The notes under the pieces were generated by a model that ran no database searches, was not told the origin of the DNA, and saw only the letters and a program-made list of their open reading frames with translations. Positions 1 through 13,300 of a stretch of 64,000 nt of DNA are shown here, one piece after another. Origin of the DNA: Rotaria sordida (lineage: Eukaryota); contig CAJNOH010000087.1 in NCBI GenBank assembly GCA_905250005.1, positions 208,393-272,392 of the forward strand. The letters are read 5' to 3'. A program made the position numbers and the translations under genes. Position 1 is the first letter of the stretch, and every line of letters begins with the position of its first letter.

Positions 1-1969
1 AAATGTGTCGAAGTTAGATCATCATTTTGTTTATCAATTATGAATTTAATGTTCACAAAGTATCTATGAACAGAATATATTCGCAATGCAATACCAAAGT
101 TTACCATTTACCAAGGTCATTTCATAAATAATTATCATTTGTTAATTTGAAAAATTCATTATAGAGAAGAAAAACGCGAAGGATTCAACAGAGTTTTAAT
201 TATTAAAATGTAGATATTAAAAAAAAAAACTTTTTTCTTACTATTAAAAATGTGTACTTCTAGTTCAAGTATTACTTATGAGAGGCTATTGATTTTCTAG
301 AAAAATATTGGTAAAAATTATAGTAATTGTAAGAAGTCTCATTACCAAGTAAAAAGTACATAAACTTCAATCCTTTTGCTTGACAAACCTGATCACAAGC
401 AGAACAACCTGAGGTCGATAGATCTTAATGTAAAAAGATTTTCGATGAAAACACTGACATTTTCCCTAGGATCCTAATTTTTCACTATTTGAATGTGTTA
501 ACATTCATTCTCTCATTAACAAATATAAGTTCGCATGTCTATATTGTGTCACCTATAGAGTACTCAATCTACTGTAATCTCAAGGCGAGAGGAAACCTTC
601 CATTGTCTAGGACTGTCTCAGCATGGACGCTTTCTTCATCGATGGCTGCGATCGTAAAATTTTTCAAGAAAATTTGATTAGAATAGACTATTCATTGCAA
701 ATAGTTCCAAGGTGAATAGTTAAAATTAGCTGGAGATATCGATCACTTTTCGACAATTAGCATCAACTTTCCTGTGAAGATTATCCAAATAATATTTCAT
801 AGATCAGGCAAATTAAAATTGTTTGACATGAAATTTTTATTGTCGATAGAGGCAGTGCTAAACTGTCGAATGAAAGATCTAACGTGATGAGATTTGTTTT
901 CGATGGTGGGATATTCTTGTCTGAAGAAAAAAAATCTATGTTGACCTTCTAGCTCGTCTGTTTGAAGACCGATCAGAGTTCAACATACTCTATTTGTAGT
1001 CAAACTATGAGACTAAAGGATTAAACTTCAAGTGCTTTTTACCTGATAGCGAGACTTTTTGCGACTAATGTATCATTACTTCAAAATGAAAGGAAAATGA
1101 AAAATTTTTAAAAGTTCAGTCAAAAAACAATTCTTAAACTTGTGTGATTGAGACTTAGTTTTACTATATTTCCTATGCATTGACTACCAATCATACGGAA
1201 ACGAAACAGTGATTGAATTGTAATGAAGTACGAGCTAGAATTCGACTGATTCATAATTTCTAAGTGAATTCAGTAATATTTTTTTAGTTAATATGTGTGG
1301 CTTACTTCCTATGACTTGATTACACAGTAGAAAACATATGGATTGCTTTTTCCTGTTAGATATTTTATAGAAAAGGAATGAAACTTTACATTTCGTACTA
1401 TCTGTATTGATGCATGAGTTAAATTTTATTTTATCCATTCTCTTTTAAAGTCTCGTTAACAGATGTCAACACATATTTTTCTATATACACTTTTAGCTGA
1501 AATTTTCAAATCTTTCTCATAATCTCCTTTATGAATTTATATGCATCTTGATAATTAGAATCTTAATTTGTAGAATCGAAAATTTTAATTGAATATCTTC
1601 CCATATCTTTTTCTAAAATATTAATATCACTACTACAATAAACTGTACATTACCTATAAAAAAAAAAGAGATGTTTCTCTTATTTCGTTCAAAAGTGAAT
1701 CATTAAAATTTTGAATAGCGATACAATATAATACTCTTTATGACTGAAATCATTCACATAGATTTATTTTGAAAGAAATGCTCACAAAGGAACATGTACA
1801 ACTTTTTGTATACATATGTATTAATGTATATATTTGATAGACGAAAAGATTTAAAAACTAATATTATAGATTTTTGAAAACAAGTTAGTTAACAATAGAA
1901 CAGTTAATATAAAAATATAATCAATTAGTAATACATAAAAAAGAGAAAAATAGGGAAATATATTTTAAA

Positions 1970-4516
1970 TTACATGATATCACAAATAGCTGATGTTGGA
2001 TTCAATCGATCGTCAGTTTTATATGGTATGTAGATTTTTATTTCTTCGAGAAAAGTAAGATAATCCTTCAAACTAAGTGTTATCGTCAGTTGAGATCTAG
2101 CAATGTCCTCCTTTAGTGAAGAAAACATAGCTTGTTGGCTTGCTTGGCACATATCATAAACTTTATGCAATAACCGACCGTTCATTCCTTCGAAAGCTGG
2201 TAGAAAAATACTAAGTTCTTTATCAAGAAGAAAAGATTTGACATGATCTTTAGTCCACATATCGATACAATGTGGATATTCCCTACAATAAAAAAAACCA
2301 ATTGATTATAGTTTCATGTGATCTAATGTTGAAGTTTTCCTATAATAAGTAGAAGTGTCAGTTAATGCATAGATAGGCAACAATGGATAAAAACATACTG
2401 GTAAAACATTTTACAAAGACATTTTAAAAAATTATTCTGGTAATGGGGACTCAGCCGATTGCATTGTACGTTTAATAAGTGCCAGTACAAAAATTTCTGA
2501 GATTTATTGAATAGAAATCTCGGTGTCAATAAATGTGAATCTGAAGAATCGTTTTGTTATATTTCAGTTGACACAAATGTTACAATGGTAATGCTTTTTT
2601 TTTCATTTTCTAAGCATTGCTATGTCCTTAAAGTGTTTGTCGATGAAAAGTATAAGATAAAGTAAATTTACTAATTAAATTTCCATAATCACTAAACATC
2701 ACTATCTATACAAGTTATCAAGAAGAGTACCTCATGTCTAGAATAACAACTTTCACCCTCAAAAAAAAAAAGACTTACACAACTGGACGCGGTTCTTTAT
2801 TATTTTCAACGCTTGAATTTGTTTTTGGTGTACTATCCATTAACGAACTTGAATTGTGATGGACTTGATTTTGTTCGGCAAGTATTAAGTTTGAATTATT
2901 CATTCGAAATAGTCCTATCTGTTTCTTAAGTTCTTGATAAGCTTTATCGAAACCAAGTTTCGGAAAATCAATATAGATCAATGCTGATGTTAACACTCCA
3001 AGCCATCCATCAGCTTTGTAGCTAGTTGTCATAACTAATGGAATAATATGACATCGACGTTTAACTGCATAGCTAGCTTCCATTTCACAGAAAGGACTCT
3101 GTTTGTAAGCATCAGACATACAAACAAGTACAAATTCTGCATTTTCAATAGCTTTAGCCATAGCATCAAATGTAGCACCATGCATCAATCGAGAATCAAT
3201 CCAAACACATAATTGATCTTTCTCGAGAGAACTTAAAATACGATGACACAGTGTTTTATCACTATGTGAGTAACTTATCATGATATCATATTGTTTTTTA
3301 TCAATCATTAATGAAGAAATTGAAGAAGGTTGTTGTTGTTGTTGTTGAACTGTTTTGATTATTGTTTCTGGTTCTTTTTCTAATTTCCATATTAATGCAG
3401 TAGCTATTAGTTGTAGATCTTGTTGTGATGATGAAGTCAATGTTCGAATATGATTCATGAAAGTATCATTGTTTTTGAGAATAGTCGCAAATTCTTTGTT
3501 AAAGACTAATGCAAGAAGAATTTCAAGTGCAGGAAGTTTTGCTTTGAGTGGATTGAATTGATCTTCGAGAGCACATCGAAGAAAAAGAGAATGACCTTTT
3601 TGTTTGATTAATTCTTCTCGAATTTGATCATGTTGTGTTAATACTAAAGAGAAAAAAAATAAATGATTAGTTTCTGAATGAGTGTATTTATAAAAAAATA
3701 TTTTCTTAACTATTATTATTCCTTGGAAGAAGAAGACAACTAAAACTAACCTTTAAGACTTCGAAGACTATTGTGTAGGCGACCTTCTGTACGAATACCT
3801 CCATCAATAACATTTTTAATAAAAGTAATAAAAACCGTAGCGATTCTACTCGAATTTTGAAGTTGTTTTATATCTGCTTCTGCCATAATAACAGCCAGAA
3901 TTCGATAGGCATGTAAATGAATTTCATCATCATTATTTGATTTTCGTATAAGTACATTGATAAGATCGACTAATTGAAGACTTTTAAGATAAATAACAAG
4001 TTCACTATCCAGAGTAAAATAGAAGAGAATTTGAAGAAGTTGTTGAACAAGAGGTATACCAGCTGGATCTATTGTTACTTGATTTGATTCATTGACAGAC
4101 AGTAGAATACGTTTGATAGTATCAGAGATATGTCGACATGCATCACGTGTGCCGTCACTAGTTATTACATCGCCAAGATCCATTCGAAATAATAAGTTAG
4201 TTAGATGTAGTAAGATATTTATCATAGCTGAATTCCATTTGATATATGGTGGCCGACCAGTATAATTCTCACTAAGCCAACTATTGAACCATTTAAGATG
4301 AGTACGTCGAATTCGTTCAATTATCTCTTGACGTCGATTACCTTCATACCAGGCAATTTGATTTGGATAATGTTCAAGTACGGTAAGTTCTTCATATGAA
4401 CGAGAATTGGACTGTTCTTTAGCAATTTTTTCGAACATTTGTGTATATAAAGGAGAACAAACTTGATCAACAGATCTAGCCAACATATCTGTAAACTCTG
4501 TGTAGACATGTGACAT
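1970..4516 (-). CDS. SARM-like protein, copy A (about 647 aa): an N-terminal alpha-helical domain followed by a TIR domain and a C-terminal SAM domain. Exons 3751..4516, 2779..3643 and 1970..2282.
   Basis: ORFs 3746..4516, 2775..3458 and 1970..2260 sit on one strand. Exon 1 ends AAAG|GTTAGT (phase 1). The acceptor is ..ttctctttag at 3644-3649. The exon-2 reading frame is open upstream of its first Met, reading LTQHDQIREEL... The TIR motif is YDIMISYSHSDKTLCHRI...FVLVCMSDAYKQSPFCEMEASYA. A GTAAGT donor overlaps the TAA stop at 2773-2778. A poly-Y plus AG acceptor sits at 2283-2284, in phase with a SAM-like exon (YPHCIDMWTKDHVKSFLLDKEL...GMNGRLL). No homology search was possible. Confidence 0.7.
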
Positions 4517-5989
4517 TGTTAATAACGTTTATTAATTAAAAAAAAAAGTGTTTTAACGTGATGAAAAAAAATATGGAGTAATGTATTTTAAAAGGACATA
4601 TATGAAGTTAGATTTCTTTTCTTTTTCTTGACGACAAAGTCTATATTAGCAACATACAGAAAAAAAAAAGAAAATATTTCAACCATAATGGAACTTTTAA
4701 TGTGTCTTTCATGTTGATTCTTTTATAGAAGTTGTGAAATGACGGCAAGAAAAAAACAACTTCCCTATCAACCTTCGTACAGCGATGAATATAGAACGTA
4801 TAGAAAATAAGTAACTTTTTCTCTACAAAACAGAACAACACATTTACTATAAACAGGAGTAGATAGTTGATTCGAGTTCGAATATAACTGAAGATAAAAA
4901 AAAAACAAAGCATAAGTTAATCATCACGCTTAGCCAAAAATAACATTTAACAGCTGAAGTTTAATAATCAAAGCTATGATTCTCGTCCTCAAAATACTGG
5001 ATATAAAGTTCGACTTTACTGTTCAGATAGACGAGCATTGGTGGTAGCTTTATGGATGGCGATCGCTGTTCTTACACCATTAGTCTCGATTGTAGATGTT
5101 TCAATTATGTTCTTATGGTAAAATATATCTAATACACTTCATTGAAGTTCATCAAATATCCAAAATACTATTTAGAATCATGACAAGATTCGATGAATGT
5201 CATCAATATGCTTTTTCTCAATTCTCAGATTGTCCATTCGAGATATTTCGATACAAAGACTTCAATCTCACTTTTCTGGTACCTCACACAATGTGATACC
5301 CTCGTGTCTCCTTTGTGTAGTATCATCATTAATTTTCCTTTTTTTTTGCAGCTGTTTTATTGATTTTCAAGTCACATTCAGTTTATATTATAATTCATCC
5401 CAAGTTTATTTTTCAGAAGTGATATTTTGACTCTTAAATCTTCATTTATATTCGAACTCGTATATAGACAATTCATGATAACCATAGTTGATTACAATGT
5501 TGCTTTGTTTTGCTTCTAACAATAGGACAATTCGAAATATATATATCAGATTTTATCTAATGACGTGAATGAATATATCAATCAAATAAGTCTATTTCTA
5601 AAATAAAAATGAAGCATTACTTTCTATCTGTAATCTGATTGATAATTTATGTTTTTTACTCATAAAGTGAGCTATTGTAATCATTCAATAAAACATTGAC
5701 TTAAGAGGTTGGGATTACTATTTAGAATAGTACATTAATTTCTCTTTCATTAAAGCAACATTACTGTCTTAAGTTAAGAGAAGCAAAATTATTATATATT
5801 ATCAATGTGAGCTAATTTAAATTTCACCGTTCGAATTTTCCAGTGGTGATAGCATATTAAATTCATCTATTCGATCATATTCATGTATATTAGAGTAAAT
5901 TCTCTCTATAACAATGAAAAAAATATCTAACGACAAAACCTTTCTTGGTGTCAAATCGCTTTTCTACCGAGACTATGTTCATTTAATGA

Positions 5990-6400
5990 GTGCTAGAATG
6001 GTTTAGTTTTCTGGATCTTCGTTCTTGAGATACCGAAATTTTACTGGGTTTTTCAACAAACCAATTGTCGTTTTCGTCAAGTCATGTGAAAAATCAACTT
6101 TCGAGTTTCAACTTCCAACGTTGTACGAATAAAGTTCCTAATGGGATTAATTTATTGTGTAAGTTTTTCTTTTACACATGATGGAGAATATTGAATGTCT
6201 CAGAATAGAACACACTAGAAAAGTTACAATTTGCTCATTAAACAAATGTCATTAAGAATCTTGTTCGTGTCAAGTTTGAAGTCAAAACTCGAAAGTTAAT
6301 TGTCTACATGGTCTGAGGAAGACCACAGCTTTTTGTTGAACAACCTAGTAGAATTGTGATATCTGAAGAACAAAGGCCTGAGAAATCAAACCATTCGAGA
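5990..6400. mobile_element. MITE-like palindromic element of about 410 bp with long imperfect inverted arms.
   Basis: Left arm 5990-6120 and right arm 6265-6400 are reverse complements at about 85% identity. Compare GAATGGTTTAGTTTTCTGG..AAATTTTACTGGGTTTTTCAACAAA with the reverse complement of AAACCATTCGAG. Inner arms match too (AACTTTCGAGTTTCAACTTC versus GAAGTCAAAACTCGAAAGTT). No ORF. Confidence 0.5.
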
Positions 6401-7197
6401 CTTTTCTATTATTCACTAGTAGTCATTAAATGAATATCATCTCGATCGATAAGTGATTTGACACTTCAAGAAGGTCTCTCGTTTATTCATGAATATTTTC
6501 AGATAATTGTAAATACATGTTTTCACATGAAAATGAAAAACTTATCTGCATAATTGTTAACTTATTATTCAAAATGACATCATATTGGACTTGTGTTTTA
6601 GTGTTAGTTTTCTTTTATTACATTTTTAAAAGATCAAATAAAATGATTGATGATGAAGAAATGTATCTCCAAATAGATTGAATAAAACAATTTTCCTGTG
6701 ATGAGCGATAGCAGCTACATCATGTTTCATATTTTAATCCCATCGAAATTGCTCTAACAACTTTTTTTGCCATAAAAACAATTATTTTTTCGATTCATAT
6801 GGAATTTTCATCTACCATATTCTTTGTAACTAGCTTAAAAAACTACTAACAGTCATTCAACATGGTCTTTCGTTATTTTCTTTCTTCAACGATTATAAAA
6901 TATACAAAATTTTATCACTCATAAAAACTTACGTAGTAGTTTTGTTATTCAAAACGTTTAAATATCGTATATGTTCCATTGAAAAGCTAAAAACAATTTA
7001 TAATTACATCAATTTGTTCTATTTCATCTGTTTTCCTAATATCAAGCGGTCACGCAAATTAGATATAGGTAGTGCGGTTCTAATTTTACATATACATAAA
7101 TGAACATGAGTTGAGTAACAATAAAAGAATGAATAAAATTAAAATCTGTCACTGATGTATGCAAAGATGAATGATTTTTTACAAGAAATTTCATAAG

Positions 7198-9473
7198 TCA
7201 GATAAGATTACAAACAGTTGATATTGGATTCAATGAATTGTTAGCTGTGAATGGTATATAGATTTTAATTTCTTCGAGAAAAGTAAGATAGTCTTTTAAA
7301 CTGAGTATTGCATGTTGAGATCTATTAACGTCTTCTTTCAATGATAAAAACATTCCTTGTTGATTGGCTTGACACATGAAATAAGCTTGATGTAGTAATT
7401 TTCCGTTCATTCCGTCTAGGATAGGTAGAAAAGCATCAAGTTCTTTGTCAAGAAGAAACGATTTAACATGATCTTCAGTCCACATATCAATACAATGTGG
7501 GTATTTCCTACAAAAAAAAACAAAAAAAAAAGTTATTTACGTTGGCATTATTCGATCTATAGTTTTCTTATAAATTATACTTTAGATTTTTGATGAAAAT
7601 TGGAAGATAAAATAAATTTACTAATTTAATTTCAAAAATCACTAAACATCATTATCTATACAAGTTATCAAGAAGAGTACCTCATGTCTAGAATAACAAC
7701 TTTCACTCTCAAAAAAAAAAAAGACTTACAAAACTGAACATGGTTCTTCGTTATTTTCTTCACTTGGAACTATTTCCGATGTATTATCCACCAACGAACT
7801 TGAATTATGATGGACTTCATCTTGTTCAGCAAATGTTGAACTTGAATTATCAATTCGAAATAGTTCAATCTGTTTCTTAAGTTCTTGATAAGCTTTATCG
7901 AAACCAAGTTTCGGAAAATCAATATAGATCAATGCTGATGTTAACACTCCAAGCCATCCATCAGCTTTGTATTTAGGTGTCATGACTAATGAAATAATAT
8001 GGCATTGACATTTAACTGCATAACTTGCTTCCATTTCACATAAAGGATTCTGTTTGTAAGCATCAGACATACAAACAAGTACAAATTCTGCATTTTCAAT
8101 AGCTTTAGCCATAGCATCAAATGTAGCACCATGCATCAATCGAGAATCAATCCAAACACATAATTGATCTTTCTCGAGAGAACTTAAAATACGATGACAC
8201 AGTGTTTTATCACTATGTGAGTAACTTATCATGATATCATATTGTTTTTTATCAATCATTAATGAAGAAATTGAAGAAGGTTGTTGTTGTTGTTGTTGTT
8301 GTTGAACTGTTTTGATTATTGTTTCTGGTTCTTTTTCTAATTTCCATATTAATGCAGTAGCTATTAGTTGTAGATCTTGTTGTAATGATGAAGTCAATGT
8401 TCGAATATGATTCATGAAAGTATCATTGTTTTTGAGAATAGTCGCAAATTCTTTGTGAAAGACTAATGCAAGAAGAATTTCAAGTGCAGGAAGTTTTGCT
8501 TTGAGTGGATTGAATTGATCTTCAAGAGCACATCGAAGAAAAAGAGAATGACCTTCTTGTTTGATTAATTCTTCTCGAATTTGATCATGTTGTGTTAATA
8601 CTAAAGAGAAAAAAAAATAAATGATGAACTTCTGAATGAGTGTATTTATAAAATATATTTTCTTAACTATTATTATTCCTTGGAAGAAGAAGAAAACTAA
8701 AACTAACCTTTAAGACTTCGAAGACTATTGTGTAAACGAGCTACATAAGGAACACCACCATCAATAGCTTTCTTAATAAAAGTGATAAAAACAATAGTAA
8801 TTCTATTTGAAATTTGCAGTTGTTTTATATCTGCTTCTGTCATAATAACAGCCAGAATTCGATAGGCTTGTAAATGAATTTCATCATCATTATTTGATTT
8901 TCGTATAAGTACATTCATAAGATCGATTAATTGAAGACTTTTAAGATAAATAACAAGTTTACTATCCAAAGTAAAATAGAAAAGAATCAAAAGAAGTTCT
9001 CGAACAAGAGGTAGAACAGCTGGATCAATGGTTGTTGGATTCGATTTACTAATGTTCAATAAAATACGTTTGATAGTATTAGTGATTTGTTGAAACGCAT
9101 GACGTGTATCATTGCTAGTAATAACATCATCGAGATCCATTCGAAAGAATAAGTTAGTTGCATGCAACATAATATCATTCATAACTGAACTCCATTTAAT
9201 ATATGGTGGTAAACCAGTATATTGCTTACTTAACCAACTATTGAACCATTTAAGATGAGTACGTCGAATTCGTTCAATTATCTCTTCGCGTTTATTTCCT
9301 TTATACCATGTGATCTCATTTGGATAATACATGAGTATAGTACGTTGTTCATTTGAAAGATAATGAGGCTCTTCTCTGGCTACTTTTTGAAACATTTGTG
9401 TATATAAAGAAGAACAAACTTGATCAACCGCTCGAGCAATTTCAACTGTAAACGACGTAGAATTTACAGTCAT
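7198..9473 (-). CDS. SARM-like protein, copy B, the tandem paralog of copy A (helical domain, TIR, SAM). Exons 8708..9473, 7730..8600 and 7198..7507.
   Basis: Exon and intron architecture matches copy A. The donor is AAAG|GTTAGT at 8702-8707. The TIR exon is nearly identical to copy A at nucleotide level. A GTAAGT donor overlaps the stop at 7724-7729. The acceptor before YPHCIDMWTEDHVKSFL (SAM) is present. A (CAA)n polyQ tract codes 7 Q here versus 5 in copy A. Confidence 0.7.
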
Positions 9474-10380
9474 GGTTAACGCACAGTTTATGTCTTAAGA
9501 ATTGTTAAAATGTAATGTTGCAACGTCAAAAAGAAAAAGAAAAAGAAAATTCTTATTTTTCCCTTTGACGTTAATGCCAAGACGATGAAATAGAAAATCG
9601 ACAGAAAGAAAATATGAACGTATTATGCTAGAAGAGTTTCAGTAAAGATAGCATGTTAAACCCATCTTCAACAGTGTGTGTCACGCAGAAATTATGAGAT
9701 GATGTTAAGAAAAAAAACCTACGTATTTCTTTCATTACATTGAGTAGCAAAAAGCGCATTACAAGAAAAACAAAACAAAATTTTTTTTTCTGCAAGATAA
9801 CACGATGAAATTAGTTGTACAACAATTTACTCGTAACTGAAGTTAGTAGTCAATGAAGATCTTTTGAAAAATGAAAACATAAAAAAAGAATTCTTTACTT
9901 TATCAAAGTTATATCATTTTTGTTCCCCAATGATGTACGTGACTACTTTAATCAAGTGCAAACTTAACAGTTTTTATCTGTCAAATGCAATAGCAATGCC
10001 AAGTTACTTTTTTCTTTTTCTTTTTCCATTATAACAGTTGAACAAAACTCATCGAAGGAGTAATTATTATCTAACCATCCATGAAACACCTACTATCTAC
10101 GCAACTTCCTGATGCTTCTACTATATTTAAAACATCATTTACTTCTATTAAAGTATTAAAATAAGACAATTTGTCACAAACATTTATTCTAGAACTTCAA
10201 TGAAGTATATTGATAATTGATGGAAAAATGTTTAATTAAAGACTACTAGAATATTTAATAATCTTAAATATGATTAGTTTGTCTGTTATTTGAGCTAGTT
10301 TTCATAATAGAAAGTGCAAATATGAGTAATATTCTGGACTTTATTTAAAAAAAAAAATAACAAAAAAAAAAAAAGATTTT

Positions 10381-13300
10381 TTAAAAACTTGTTGTATTTT
10401 CATCAATATTTTCATTAAAAATTTCTTTTAGAATTTTTTTTCGTTTAATCGATTCAATATATAATCGATTTTCTACTATATCAGGATGATAGGGTGGTAA
10501 TGTTTTTAAAAATTGTTCAGTTGATTTTTCTATACTTTCTATAGCTTCATCTAATTTTCCTTGACTTGAATAAACAAGTGATATATTAAAAAGTGTTATA
10601 CCAACTATTGAATGATTTTCTGGTAATGATATTGATGCAATTTCAAGACTTTTAAAATAACATTGTAATGCTTCTGAATATTGTTCTTCTCGATAATACA
10701 TTAAACCAATATTATTATAAAGTAATGCAAATGATGAATGTGTTAATGGTAAATATTCTTTTTGACATTCTAAAGCAAGTTTTAAATAATATAATGATTC
10801 ATTAGATCGACCAATTTTTAAATAAACATTTCCTAAAGTATAATAAGAAGAACCTAATGTACTAGAATTACGTGGTACAATACGTTCTTGAATTTCAATT
10901 GATTTTTTATAATTATCTATAGCTTCATTATATTTAAGTTGTGCAAGATATGCATCACCTGTATTATCATAAGTTAATGCAAGTTCACCATCATGTGATT
11001 CAGTTACTTGTTCAAGAATTTTGAAAGTACGTTGAAATGATTGAATAGCTTCAGAATATTTTTCTTGTCTTAAAAAAAGAATACCTATATTATTTGTATA
11101 ATTACTAATTGAAAGTAAATCTGGAGTATTTGTACGAAGTTGTATATTAAGTGCTTTTTGATAATATTCATGAGATTTTTCAAAATTATCTAAACGTAAA
11201 TACATTCCAGCTATATTACCATAAAGTGTAGTTAATTCTAATGTATTTGGTGAAATAAAACGAAGAAATGCATCTAATGAAAGATGATATAATTCAACAG
11301 CACGTTTATAATCATCTTGATTACGATGTGATGTTGCAAGTGCAAGACAACTAGCAGCTATTGAAGTTTGAATATTTACATCTGCTTTTAAAGTTTCATC
11401 ATTAAACATTGTTTCAACTATTTGTTCAGCTAATATGTGTTGATTCATTACAATCATTAATTTTATTAAGGTAATCAATTGAGAAAAACTTTTGATTTCC
11501 GTTCGTTTAGTCTCAAGTATTTGTTGAATTTTTTGTTGATCTTCATATTTAACTAATGTTAAATGAATATAAGGAATTTGATTTTCATTAATATTTTCTT
11601 TTTCAACTTTAATTAAACGTCCCATAATACCCATATTTAATAAAACATCATTATTATTATCAATTAAATATCGACGTGAACTTATATTAGCACATTTAAA
11701 ATGTGCTGGTATATCAATACGAATAAGAATTGGTATATAATCTTCAGTTAAAGTTGGAATTTCTTTAGCAATACGAATAGCTCGTAATTGATCTGTTGAA
11801 CCAAATAAAAATTGAGGAAATACAATGAGATCATCATTTAAAAGATTTTTTTGTAAATTATCAAGATCATCTCTTTGCATTGTTTGTCCAAGATAAACTA
11901 TTATTGAATCTTTTACGGATTCATTTTCTATTTGTTGAAATAAATCTTGAATAAATAAACGAAGTTTATATAAAATATCAGGTTCAGGAGTACGAAGAGC
12001 TTTATTTAACATCTAAAAATAAATGATTTGTTTGTTTTTTTTTTTTCATTTTTAACTTTAATTATTTATAAATAAATAAATTTACTTTTGATAAAAAACA
12101 TTGTCTTGAAAACCAATAAATTGCTTGATTTTTTTGATAATTTTTTTCAAATTCATCAATTATTTTTAATTCTTCATCATTACCATCATATTCTTGACGT
12201 GAAAAATTAATTAATTCTTGTAAATTATTTCTATTTTCATTTTTATCAAGAATTATTTCACTTAATAATTGACAATATATATAAGTTGTAGGAAGTGTAG
12301 TTGAATTTGATGACATATTTATATACATTACTAAATCACGTTTTATTTTATGTATATCTTTTGATATTTGTTCATATATATCATTGAAATTTTTATATAA
12401 ACCTTGAACTTTTAATTGTTTAAATGATGAATAATTAATTTCATTATTATTATCAGATAAAATATAAATAGTAAATATTTGTTGAAGTCCTTCAATTCTT
12501 GGAAGAATTGAATTAACAAATAAATTTGAAAGAATAAAGATAATTTTTTCATTGAATACACCATTTATAAATGCAACACAATCATCAATATCATTGAAAA
12601 TTTTTAAGAAATTAATAAGACTACGAAATTGTTTTATTATTGATTCATCAGGATATGAAGAATGTAAATAAATAAGGGTAAAATATTCAACATTACCTTT
12701 TTCTCGAGGTGCACTATCGAATAAGACTTTTGGACTTTCGATTTGTTGTTCTAATTTTAAAAAGAAAAAGAAATAATAGATATATAATAAAACATAGTGG
12801 AATTTTCTATTGCAGAGAAAGTAAGTTCAATCGATTTGTAAGAAGAACATATTACATTTTATGAAACACGATCTAAAAGGAGTTTTGAAGTATAACAGGA
12901 CAAAAATATGCATCCTCCTTCCCCAGCTGTGGCAGATGCTAGTCAAAGACTATCATAAATCGTGGCTAGAGATATGCTGAATCAAGTTTTTTTTAGCAGC
13001 GGTATCGATCTAGAGAAAACTATTCCAAAATTTATTCGTATGAAAACTAAAATAATTCATTAGCACTTGATTTTTTTATTTATTTAAGCTGCGACTAATA
13101 CTTTTTTGAATCTTCTCTCTTGAATATGAAAAAAAATATATTCCAAAATAGATAAAATAAGACAATTTTTCACCGATTAACAAGAGTAGCTCATTCAATT
13201 ATGTTAATTGAATCAAAGTATTTTAAAACGCTTATTGAGTTATCATGCTGTCTTTTATTGCTAGTGAAATTTGATCTGAATAACAAATCGTGATTTCACT

